Shown piece after piece: positions 40,389-48,369 of a DNA stretch of 64,000 nt. Under the pieces are notes generated by a model. It ran no database searches. It saw nothing but the letters and a program-made list of their open reading frames with translations, and was not told where the DNA came from. Source of the DNA: an uncultured Anaerolineae bacterium (lineage in GTDB: Bacteria > Chloroflexota > Anaerolineae > Aggregatilineales > UBA3940). A program made the position numbers and the translations under genes. Each line of letters begins with the position of its first letter. Within the stretch, counting starts at the first letter, position 1. Location: the NCBI GenBank assembly GCA_964603985.1, contig CAZRXG010000024.1, forward strand, positions 460-64,459. The letters are read 5' to 3'.

Positions 40389-41417
40389 TCAAGGGATGTT
40401 CCCCAGAGGCGTTTTCGTCGGCGTCGGGCCGGGTGTGACCTCCGGGGTCACCGTCGCGGTGAGCGTTGGGTGGGCGCAGGCGCTGGCTGCGGTTTCGTAT
40501 TTCTCTTGCAGCACGCTGTCCTCCCGTATCTCCAGAGCGGTTGAATACTGCTCGGCGGCCCCGCATTGTGACCCCTGTGCGGCCAGTTGATCGCCGTATT
40601 TGACGCGTGCCTCCCACAGGCGCTCTGCCACGTCCCGGTAAGCCGGGACCGTATCGTAAATAACCTGCAAATTCTGGATGACGACCGGCCAGTTCAGGCT
40701 CCAATAAGTACGGCCTGTGACGTAGAGCGTGGCAAGGTGGCGTTCGCCCTCGATCTGGTCCTCCAGGGGCCGGATAACGGCGGCCTGGTCGAGGAGGAAC
40801 AGCCCCTCCTCGATCCGGTCCCCACGAATGTAGATCAGCCCCAGCGACGTAAGGGACTCATAGAGCATCTCCTTGACTTCGATCTCCTGGTAGCGCGGGT
40901 CGAGTGCCTGTAGCTCCTGCAGGCGCGTGATGGCATTCTCCCACTGCTGATCGTCGAAGTAGCTCTGAGCCTCGGCGAATAACTCGTCGGGGTTTTCGGT
41001 ATCGCTGGGCGGGAGCGTTGGTACAGCCGTGCCCCCACCCGCCTCGGTTATGCGGCGCTCGGCTTCGGCCAGCCGCTCGGCGGCGGAGGGGTAGTCGGGG
41101 TCGCGTTCAAGAATCCAGCGGAATCGCTGGGCAGCCAACTCGTAGCGCTCCCCTTCGAGGTCGGAGAGGCCGAGGCCGAATTGCAGGTCGAGACCGGCAG
41201 TCGTGGTCTGGGTGGCACGGAAGCCGCGCTCCTTTTGCCCGGCCATCGCCCCCCCAAAAGCGCCGATGCCAATGGATGCCAGCAGCACACAGACGATGAT
41301 GCCCACCAGCAGAACGGTGGATGAAAGAATCCGCCTGATCCTTGAAGGCCGCCTTGACCGGGGTGGCGGGGCCGGTGAGGGAGATGTGCCGTAATAAGGA
41401 GGTTGTGTCTGGCTCAT
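40389..41417 (-). CDS. membrane-anchored TPR-repeat protein
   Basis: N-terminal TM (VLLVGIIVCVLLASIGIGAFGGA) followed by TPR-like repeats (YELAAQRFRWILERDPDY, WENAITRLQELQALDPRY). Confidence 0.7.
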   Translation of the reverse strand: MSQTQPPYYGTSPSPAPPPRSRRPSRIRRILSSTVLLVGIIVCVLLASIGIGAFGGAMAGQKERGFRATQTTTAGLDLQFGLGLSDLEGERYELAAQRFRWILERDPDYPSAAERLAEAERRITEAGGGTAVPTLPPSDTENPDELFAEAQSYFDDQQWENAITRLQELQALDPRYQEIEVKEMLYESLTSLGLIYIRGDRIEEGLFLLDQAAVIRPLEDQIEGERHLATLYVTGRTYWSLNWPVVIQNLQVIYDTVPAYRDVAERLWEARVKYGDQLAAQGSQCGAAEQYSTALEIREDSVLQEKYETAASACAHPTLTATVTPEVTPGPTPTKTPLGNIP

Positions 41418-41537
41418 AGCATCACAAGTCGTCTGTTTCGGTGTGCTCTATCCTGTGGCGGCCCGTGGAGGCCGCGCCGCATTATAGCGAGTCCCCCCGG
41501 GGTTGTCCATAGGGCATTTTTCGAGCTTTCTGCGAGT

Positions 41538-41565
41538 TTGACAAAGCTTTTCAAAACCCTATAAT
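41538..41565 (+). promoter_or_regulatory. near-consensus promoter for the DUF4013 gene
   Basis: TTGACA (41538-41543), 16-nt spacer, TATAAT (41560-41565). This argues against the track ATG at 41564 as the start. Confidence 0.55.
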
Positions 41566-41617
41566 GAGGCTGCCTTGTGGTTTCATCAGTTCCGAACTTA
41601 TGGAGGAGGTTCTCTAC

Positions 41618-42289
41618 ATGGATTTCATGAAAGCATTTTCATTCCCCTTCGAGGACGAAGAGTGGTTGAAGAAGCTGGGGCTGGGTGTTCTGATACAGTT
41701 TATTCCTATTGCCGGTGCGCTTGCCTTGTACGGCTGGTCTTTTGAGATCTCCAAGCGTGTCAAGAACAACGACCCGGAGCCGCTGCCGGACTGGAGCGAT
41801 TTTGGCGGCCACATAGGAAAGGGCTTCATGCTCTTCCTGGCAATGCTTGTTTACCAGATACCGACGCTTCTCTTCGTCTGTGTAATCCTTGCAACTCAGG
41901 GCGTGTTATTCGGCGGGGCCGATAGCGAAGATCTTACAGCTATGGGTGGCGTCGCCGGTGTGCTCACGATCTGCTGCAGTTGCCTGTGGATCATCTATTA
42001 CATTGTTGCAATGGTGGTGTTCATGGCCGGGTACACTCGCTACATCGACGTTGAGGAGTTCAGCACGTTCATGCAGTTCGGCACGAACTTTTCGCTGGTG
42101 CGTGAAAACCTCGGCGACTTTGGCATGGTCATCCTGTACTCTATCCTGGCCTCGCTGATCGTCAGCGTGGCATCGAGCATTACTCTTGGATTGGGCACCT
42201 TGGTGGCAACGCCGGTGCTCATGTACTTCCTCGGGCATCTGCTGGGGCAGTTGGCCGCGAAACTGCCTGGAACCAGCCTGGCGGAGTAA
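41618..42289 (+). CDS. DUF4013-like integral membrane protein
   Basis: MDFMKAFSFPFEDEEWLKKLGLGVLIQFIPI... followed by several TM helices. GGAGGAGG SD lies 8 nt upstream of ATG 41618. Confidence 0.7.
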   Translation: MDFMKAFSFPFEDEEWLKKLGLGVLIQFIPIAGALALYGWSFEISKRVKNNDPEPLPDWSDFGGHIGKGFMLFLAMLVYQIPTLLFVCVILATQGVLFGGADSEDLTAMGGVAGVLTICCSCLWIIYYIVAMVVFMAGYTRYIDVEEFSTFMQFGTNFSLVRENLGDFGMVILYSILASLIVSVASSITLGLGTLVATPVLMYFLGHLLGQLAAKLPGTSLAE

Positions 42290-42317
42290 GCATAGCCAGA
42301 TACTGAAGCAAAGTATA

Positions 42318-42348
42318 AGAGCGCAATCCCATTGTTGGATTGCGCTCT
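42318..42348. terminator. 12-bp perfect hairpin between convergent genes
   Basis: AGAGCGCAATCC-CATTGTT-GGATTGCGCTCT. Confidence 0.45.
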
Positions 42349-42378
42349 CGTCGTCTCTAAGGGCGGGGCGTAGGAAAG

Positions 42379-42759
42379 CTACGTCTCCAGCTTGTCAAGA
42401 ATGGCCTCCAGGTGGTCGATGTCTATCGGCTTGACCAGGTAATCCGATGCGCCTGCGTTGAGGGCCGCCTGCTTGACCGAGGGGGCGTCCTCAGCCGTCA
42501 CGAAAACGACGGGGATCGGGCCGGCGATCGGGTCACGCTTGATGAAGCGGCAAACTTCCATCCCATCGACGCCGGGCATGTTGAGGTCGAGCAGGATCAG
42601 GGCCGGGGGATTGCTCTGTATGGCCTGTATCGCCGGGCGCGGGCCATGCGCGATCTGGGTTTCCCAGTCGAACAGGCTGACCATATCCGCAATGGCTTCC
42701 GCCATGACTTTATCGTCGTCGACAATCAATACGTAGGACATGATAACCTCAATACTCAC
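42379..42759 (-). CDS. stand-alone response-regulator receiver domain (CheY-like)
   Basis: 126 aa with VLIVDDD, ILLDLNMPGVDG and a conserved Lys (DYLVKP). Confidence 0.85.
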   Translation of the reverse strand: MSIEVIMSYVLIVDDDKVMAEAIADMVSLFDWETQIAHGPRPAIQAIQSNPPALILLDLNMPGVDGMEVCRFIKRDPIAGPIPVVFVTAEDAPSVKQAALNAGASDYLVKPIDIDHLEAILDKLET

Positions 42760-42824
42760 GTCTGTGGCCTGTCGGATATGCTAATTATACTACGTACTGG
42801 CGATCTTCTAAAAACAACCCGGAA

Positions 42825-44063
42825 TCAATCCCGGTCCTGATCGTCGTAGAACCCGTCGCTCCAATCGGGTAGCTGGCTGAGCGCCTCGTAGGCCGGCCTG
42901 AGGGTCGCCTCCGGCCACCCAGGGAAGGTGAGACTCCACCAGTACTCCTCGTCCTCCGGCGTCCAGTACGGGTCAGAAATGTAGATGGTGGTCATGATGC
43001 CGATCCAGGGCTGCCAGTGTTCGCGTGCCCACCAATAGGCTCTGACCAGATAATCGGCCTGCTGCTCCTCGGTGACGGCGAACCACGAGTATTCCGGGTG
43101 AATGGGATCGGTCGTCCAGCCCATCTCCAGGACGGCGATCTGCTTATGTCCATCACCGTACTGCACCATGATCTCACGCATGTCCTCGACGTGGCGGAAG
43201 GCGTTCCAGCGATGTCCCCCGTACTCCGGCGTGTCGGCGGCCTCTTCAGGTGACGTTTCGGGCGGGGCCGCGTAGCCCGGCGCGTTGAGGCCCAGCATAT
43301 CGAAGTAGGCCGCTCCCCCCGCCTCGTACATTCCCCGCAGGAATTCGTCGTCAGGGATGGCAACCGGCAGACCGGTGCCGGTCGGAGCCAGCCCCGCCGA
43401 GATCGTGATCGCGTCCGGGTCGGCAGCCTTGATGCCCATGTAGCAGTGCTTCAGCAGCTCGACGTACTCCGCCGGGTCGGGCGGCTGATCGCCCCACTCG
43501 CGGGCCAGGTTTGGCTCGTTCCATATCTGGTAGGCTTTGATGCGCCCCCGGTAGCGGTCGGCGACGGTGTAGCAGAAGTCTTGGAAGTCCTCCAGGTCGG
43601 CGGGTGGAGCGTTCTCAAGGGGATGCGCGCCACCGTCGGCCTGCGCCCAGAAGGGCTGGCGATCCAGCCGCACGATGAGGAATAACCCGAACTCCTCGGC
43701 GTCCTCCACGATGCGGTCGGCACGCCACCAGTCGTAGCGACCCTTCTCGATGGTCTCAAGATCGCGCCAGGCGAAAGCCTGCTTGACCCAGCGAAAGCCC
43801 ATATCCTGCACCAGTTCAAGGTCGCGGCGGGCCATGTGCTCGTGCCACCACAGCGACACGTGCACGGCTGGCGCGGGGGCAGGCACCAGTTGGGCGACCT
43901 CCGGCGTTGGCCCCGGCGGCGGGGTGGGCGTTGACGTGGGGGCGGGTGTGTTCTGGGGGTCGGGTGTGCCGGTGATGGAAGCCTGTCGGCAGCCGGCCAG
44001 GCCGACGACCAGCAGCAGAGCGACCATCTTGTTCCGCGTGTGTTTTCGGGATCGTGGGTTCAT
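42825..44063 (-). CDS. lipoprotein, clan GH-A (GH5-like) glycoside hydrolase
   Basis: Start at ATG 44063 gives a signal peptide with lipobox (MVALLLVVGLAGC). Acid/base motif IWNEPN; nucleophile motif IAVLEMGW. The track start at 44222 would overlap the upstream gene. Confidence 0.75.
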   Translation of the reverse strand: MNPRSRKHTRNKMVALLLVVGLAGCRQASITGTPDPQNTPAPTSTPTPPPGPTPEVAQLVPAPAPAVHVSLWWHEHMARRDLELVQDMGFRWVKQAFAWRDLETIEKGRYDWWRADRIVEDAEEFGLFLIVRLDRQPFWAQADGGAHPLENAPPADLEDFQDFCYTVADRYRGRIKAYQIWNEPNLAREWGDQPPDPAEYVELLKHCYMGIKAADPDAITISAGLAPTGTGLPVAIPDDEFLRGMYEAGGAAYFDMLGLNAPGYAAPPETSPEEAADTPEYGGHRWNAFRHVEDMREIMVQYGDGHKQIAVLEMGWTTDPIHPEYSWFAVTEEQQADYLVRAYWWAREHWQPWIGIMTTIYISDPYWTPEDEEYWWSLTFPGWPEATLRPAYEALSQLPDWSDGFYDDQDRD

Positions 44064-44187
44064 AAGCAAACGAAAAAGCGAATCGTCTTTGAGCCAACAG
44101 ATAGACACGTAAACGCCCCGGGCCCGGTCGGAAGGTAGCCCGGGGCGTGGTGCCTGCTTACGCTGCGCGTGCCTCACGGCTGCCGGT

Positions 44188-45528
44188 TTAGGGCGGCTTG
44201 GGCATATCACGCAGGGCTTCAAAAGCCGGTCGCGGTGAGCCGTCAGGCATCACGATGCTGAACATGGTTGAGTCAGCCTTGGGATCTCCGCCGTTCTTGG
44301 GCGAGTAGTCGAGGTTGAACAGGATGGCGAACCACACGAAACCCCAATCGTGCATGGACTGGAAGGCATTCACAATGTTGTCGGCTTGCTCTTCCAGGGA
44401 GTTGTCGTAGGCGAAGTCGAAGTCGGGGCGCAGAGGCTCGCCTTCCATGCCTTCGAGCGTTGCCCAGCCGAACTCGGTGACGCATACGGGCGTGTCCCCC
44501 CCGGCGGCGACGATCAGGTCGTGGTAGCCCCGCAGGGTGGAGTAGAACGACCAGCTATGATGCGGGTTGTCGAACGGGCCGCGAAAGATGGCCGTCGGGT
44601 CGTTGTAGCCCGCATCGTAGGCTACGTCAGGCGGCAGATTGATGCCGTTGGCGTGCGCGCCCACGCAGTCCACGTAATCCAGCAGCCCGACGTCGATCAT
44701 CTGCTGCGTGTAGACGAAGTCGTCTATGGCAATGACGCCGTCATTGACGCCGGTGGGAGCCAGCGCCGCGCTGACGATGATGATGTTAGGGTCGGCCTCG
44801 CGGATGGCCTGCGCGGTCGGGGCCAGGAGGTCGATGTAATCCTGTGCATTCAACGTCCCGCCGGTGTACCAGCCGCGCTCGGATAGATTCGGCTCGTTCC
44901 ACACCTCGATGGCGTGAATCATGCCGGGATAACGCTGGATAAGTCGCGAGATGTAATTGGCGAACGTCTGGGGATCGTCGGGCGGCCCGACCTTACCGTC
45001 GCCCGTCACCGAGCGCGCCCAATCCGGCGCAGCGACGACACTCGCCAGAACCTTGATGTTGTGCTTCGAGGTGGCGGTGAACAGTGCGTCGAGCGCGTCC
45101 CAGTTGGGCGACCCCTGCACCGGCTCCAGGTCGGCCCACCGGATCTGCTGTTTGATCCAGTTCATACCCAGTTGCTCAACCTGGCCCAGCGTCGGATCGG
45201 TGTTCCTTTCAAACTGCGACTGGATGCCGTATCCAAAAGACCGATCCTGGCGGGGCGGGATGGTAGGCTGCGGGAGGGGGGTGTCGAGCACCTGAGTGGC
45301 CGCAGCGTCGCCCGGCGCAAGGGGCTGTGTGGGTGTTGTCTGTGCGCCCTGCGGGACGATGGGCTGGTCACCCTCTGCCGGGGAGGCCGCTTCCTCGTTG
45401 GAGGACCTCAGCGCCCACAGGATGCCCAGGAATGTGCAGACCCCGACCAGCACCACCACGCCGACCCAGACTCCTGCCAGGATGCGAATTTGTTTCGAAG
45501 TGAGACGTGTTTTGCCGGTTCCCGTCAT
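44188..45528 (-). CDS. membrane-anchored clan GH-A (GH5-like) glycoside hydrolase
   Basis: N-terminal TM (ILAGVWVGVVVLVGVCTFLGILWAL). IEVWNEPN acid/base and VCVTEFGW nucleophile motifs. Confidence 0.78.
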   Translation of the reverse strand: MTGTGKTRLTSKQIRILAGVWVGVVVLVGVCTFLGILWALRSSNEEAASPAEGDQPIVPQGAQTTPTQPLAPGDAAATQVLDTPLPQPTIPPRQDRSFGYGIQSQFERNTDPTLGQVEQLGMNWIKQQIRWADLEPVQGSPNWDALDALFTATSKHNIKVLASVVAAPDWARSVTGDGKVGPPDDPQTFANYISRLIQRYPGMIHAIEVWNEPNLSERGWYTGGTLNAQDYIDLLAPTAQAIREADPNIIIVSAALAPTGVNDGVIAIDDFVYTQQMIDVGLLDYVDCVGAHANGINLPPDVAYDAGYNDPTAIFRGPFDNPHHSWSFYSTLRGYHDLIVAAGGDTPVCVTEFGWATLEGMEGEPLRPDFDFAYDNSLEEQADNIVNAFQSMHDWGFVWFAILFNLDYSPKNGGDPKADSTMFSIVMPDGSPRPAFEALRDMPKPP

Positions 45529-45542
45529 CGTGCTCGGCCTCC

Positions 45543-48287
45543 TTAGTACATCACATTATGCAGTGCATCGCAGGCAGGGCATACGCCGCCGGGCCGGACG
45601 ATGGCGTAACCGGCCTGCGGGTCATCCCCCCAACTGGTGAAGTCAACGTTCCAGATGATCGCCAGCCGAACGTAGCCCAACCCCCGCGCGATCTGCACGC
45701 CTTCGGCCAGCCAGGCCGCCTGATCGGCGACCGTGATGGCGGACCCCCAACTCCAGTTGGTAGGCAGCGCGCCGTATCCCTCCCCGGTGACGTAGCCAAA
45801 CTCGGTCAGGCACACTGGCAGCGCGCCGCCCAGACCGTAGTAGTAAACGTCGATGGTCGGCTTGAAGTACCAGCTATGATGCCCACCCCCGCCGTCTGCC
45901 GGATGGCCGGTCGTGGCCGAAGGCGAGGTCGCCCCGGCGTTGTGGTGCGCGCCCACGCAGTTCGCATAGTTTGCCGCACCGGCCGCAGCCAGCCCTTGCA
46001 GGTAGCGGTAGTCGGCCATGGCGATGTCCATGTCGTCCACGCCGGTGGGAGCCAGCGCGCCGATGATGACCATCGTGTTGGGGCTGACCGACTTGATCGC
46101 GTTGAAGCTGGGGGCCAGCATGTTGTTGACGTAATCGGTGGGGCTGTACTGCCCGCGCGGCCACTCCGTGTACAGGTTCATCTCGTTCCAGATCTCAATC
46201 GCATCGGGCTGGTAGCTCGCCACGCCGCGTATGAACTCAACGTAGTTGTTATAGTCAATGCTGGCTGGCGAGAACGGGCCGGGGGTGCTGATCAGCACCT
46301 TGAAGCCCGCTGCCTTGCCCCCTGCGATGAAGCCACCGGCCACGCTGGGATCCAGGCCCGGACTCCACTTGACCTGGAACTTGACCCACGACATACCGGC
46401 GTGCACCATCTCGTTGACGTGGCCCAGCGAACCCGGAACCTGCCCCCCCAGCTCAAATCCGCCGCCGTCCGCCCCGGCCACACCGGCGGAGGGTGGCGGT
46501 GTGGACTCGGTCGGAGCCGGGGTGTCTGTAGGCGGCGGGTTGTCGCCTGCCGAGGCCGGATTGCTGGCCGGGGCCTGGGTCGGTTCGGGAGTGTCCTCCT
46601 CCTCGTCCTCCCCGGACTTGACCTTCACCGACACCGATCCTCGGTCGGAGACCCGCCCGCCAACCACCCGGCCCTGCACAGTGTATTCGCCCGCCTTGGC
46701 AGCCTTCCACACAAACGGCGTGCCGAGGCCGGTGCTCTCGTCCAAAACCGCGCCGCTCGCGTCGCTGACCACCCACTCCATCACCATCTGACTTGGCACA
46801 GATGACACACTGGTGGCCTTGAATTCGTTGATGGCCGTCAGCATACCGGCATCGTTGCCCTCGGCCAGTAGGCCATTGACAACCATGCCGCCGATGTTGT
46901 AGGCAGATGCCATATCGAGGCGCGCCCGGACGGTGTTGGCCATGACGATCCAGACACGGCGCGTGCCCTCGGCGTCCTCCAGCTTGTAGGAGTAAGTACC
47001 GGTGTCCTCCTGGGGCTTCAGTTTGACTGCCGGGCCATCCAGCACGAACGTCAGTTCCTTGCCCGGTTTGTAGCCCCCTTTCGGTTTTTCGGTCTCCAGG
47101 CTCACGGCCCCAAGTCCCGCCAGCGCCTCGTCGTAGCTAATAAGGTTATAAGTCTCGTCTACGGCCTTGATGACGCTCAGCGACGAGAAGGCCACATGTA
47201 TCTTCAGGCGGCTGACCCTGTTCACCGCCCAGGCCAACAGGCTGAGAGCATTGCCGTCGATGGCAAAGTTGCGCGGATCGTTGCTGGTCATGACTACGAC
47301 GGCATCGGCAGCCGCGCCGATACCCTGCCAGTCATACCCGCCGGGGTCCCAGGCAGGAGATTCACCTGCCGGTTGTGGCAGAAAAACGACCAGCAGCTTG
47401 TTGTACTCATCCAGGGCTGCGGCCAGGTCAACGATGAACTGGGTGAACGCCTCGCGGTCGGTGAGGGCGATGCCCTGGTAGTCGATGGCAACGCCGTTGT
47501 AATCGCCGCTGACGACAAATGTCTGCAAATCCTGGATGTGCAGCGCCAGGCTGGCCTCGTTGTTGATCACACTGCTGATCGCGAGACCATTGGCACGAAT
47601 GAGCGGCACAACCGCGTACCCCACACCGAGTTGCCAGCCACTCGCCAGGACTCCGTTCAGAGAGCCATCGGCCTGCACCTGCAACCCGGCCGGGAACACC
47701 ATGTTGAGTGACGAGGCTACCTCGCCGGTCAGCACCTGATCCGCCTCCAGCACGGTGCTGATCAGCGGCGTGACGGCTCTGCTCTGGAAGACGGCGACGT
47801 TGTCCGGAAATTCGTCGGTGTATATCTTCCCGGCTTCAGCATCGACGCGCCCCGGCACGAAGATCCATTTATCTTCTTCGGTGTCCCAACGGTAGAGATC
47901 GAGTGTGTTGTATGGCTGTGAATCGTTGGGGATCAGGATCTCCACCAGAGTCTGGACATCCTCGCTGCGCCGCTCAAGGGTATAGAGCGGGCTTTTCATT
48001 GCCAGATAGGACGGCAGGGCTTCCATGGCTGCCCGGGACTCGCCCTTCTTCTCTCCGGACAGGAATAACTCACGGGGGATGGACCCCAGGCTCACGCGTG
48101 TTGATCCTTCGCCCACCAGGATGATGCTGATACCGTCAGGGTGTGAAGCGGTGGGGTTCTCACTGTCGATCTTCTCAGAGATGGGATGAGCCGCACGGGC
48201 CAGGCCGCCGGATGCGCCGCAGGAAACCAGTACACCGGCCAACACAAGCCCAATAACCGGCAGAAGCAGCTTTTTCGGTTTGAACAT
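45543..48287 (-). CDS. large envelope protein, paralog 1: lipoprotein signal, GH18-like barrel, Ig-like domain, acidic/Pro linker, GH5-like domain
   Basis: Start ATG 48287 has a GGAGA SD and gives MFKPKKLLLPVIGLVLAGVLVSC; ATG 48311 or 48383 are alternatives. GH18-like YNGVAIDYQGI ... AYNIGGMVVNGLL. GH5-like IEIWNEMN and VCLTEFGY. Ends CPACDALHNVMY. Confidence 0.75.
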   Translation of the reverse strand: MFKPKKLLLPVIGLVLAGVLVSCGASGGLARAAHPISEKIDSENPTASHPDGISIILVGEGSTRVSLGSIPRELFLSGEKKGESRAAMEALPSYLAMKSPLYTLERRSEDVQTLVEILIPNDSQPYNTLDLYRWDTEEDKWIFVPGRVDAEAGKIYTDEFPDNVAVFQSRAVTPLISTVLEADQVLTGEVASSLNMVFPAGLQVQADGSLNGVLASGWQLGVGYAVVPLIRANGLAISSVINNEASLALHIQDLQTFVVSGDYNGVAIDYQGIALTDREAFTQFIVDLAAALDEYNKLLVVFLPQPAGESPAWDPGGYDWQGIGAAADAVVVMTSNDPRNFAIDGNALSLLAWAVNRVSRLKIHVAFSSLSVIKAVDETYNLISYDEALAGLGAVSLETEKPKGGYKPGKELTFVLDGPAVKLKPQEDTGTYSYKLEDAEGTRRVWIVMANTVRARLDMASAYNIGGMVVNGLLAEGNDAGMLTAINEFKATSVSSVPSQMVMEWVVSDASGAVLDESTGLGTPFVWKAAKAGEYTVQGRVVGGRVSDRGSVSVKVKSGEDEEEDTPEPTQAPASNPASAGDNPPPTDTPAPTESTPPPSAGVAGADGGGFELGGQVPGSLGHVNEMVHAGMSWVKFQVKWSPGLDPSVAGGFIAGGKAAGFKVLISTPGPFSPASIDYNNYVEFIRGVASYQPDAIEIWNEMNLYTEWPRGQYSPTDYVNNMLAPSFNAIKSVSPNTMVIIGALAPTGVDDMDIAMADYRYLQGLAAAGAANYANCVGAHHNAGATSPSATTGHPADGGGGHHSWYFKPTIDVYYYGLGGALPVCLTEFGYVTGEGYGALPTNWSWGSAITVADQAAWLAEGVQIARGLGYVRLAIIWNVDFTSWGDDPQAGYAIVRPGGVCPACDALHNVMY

Positions 48288-48369
48288 ACGTGTTCTCCGT
48301 GCCATTCTCATGATACTCGCGCCACGATTTGGGTGGACTCGGCCACCCGGAAATCCCTCTGATAGTACC

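Noticed and set aside
44064-44222. N-terminal 53 codons of the 465-aa ORF, overlapping the upstream gene end.
   Set aside because: The ATG at 44063 gives a standard signal peptide with lipobox (LAGC). The upstream extension is Arg/Pro-rich and overlaps the 44188-45528 gene.
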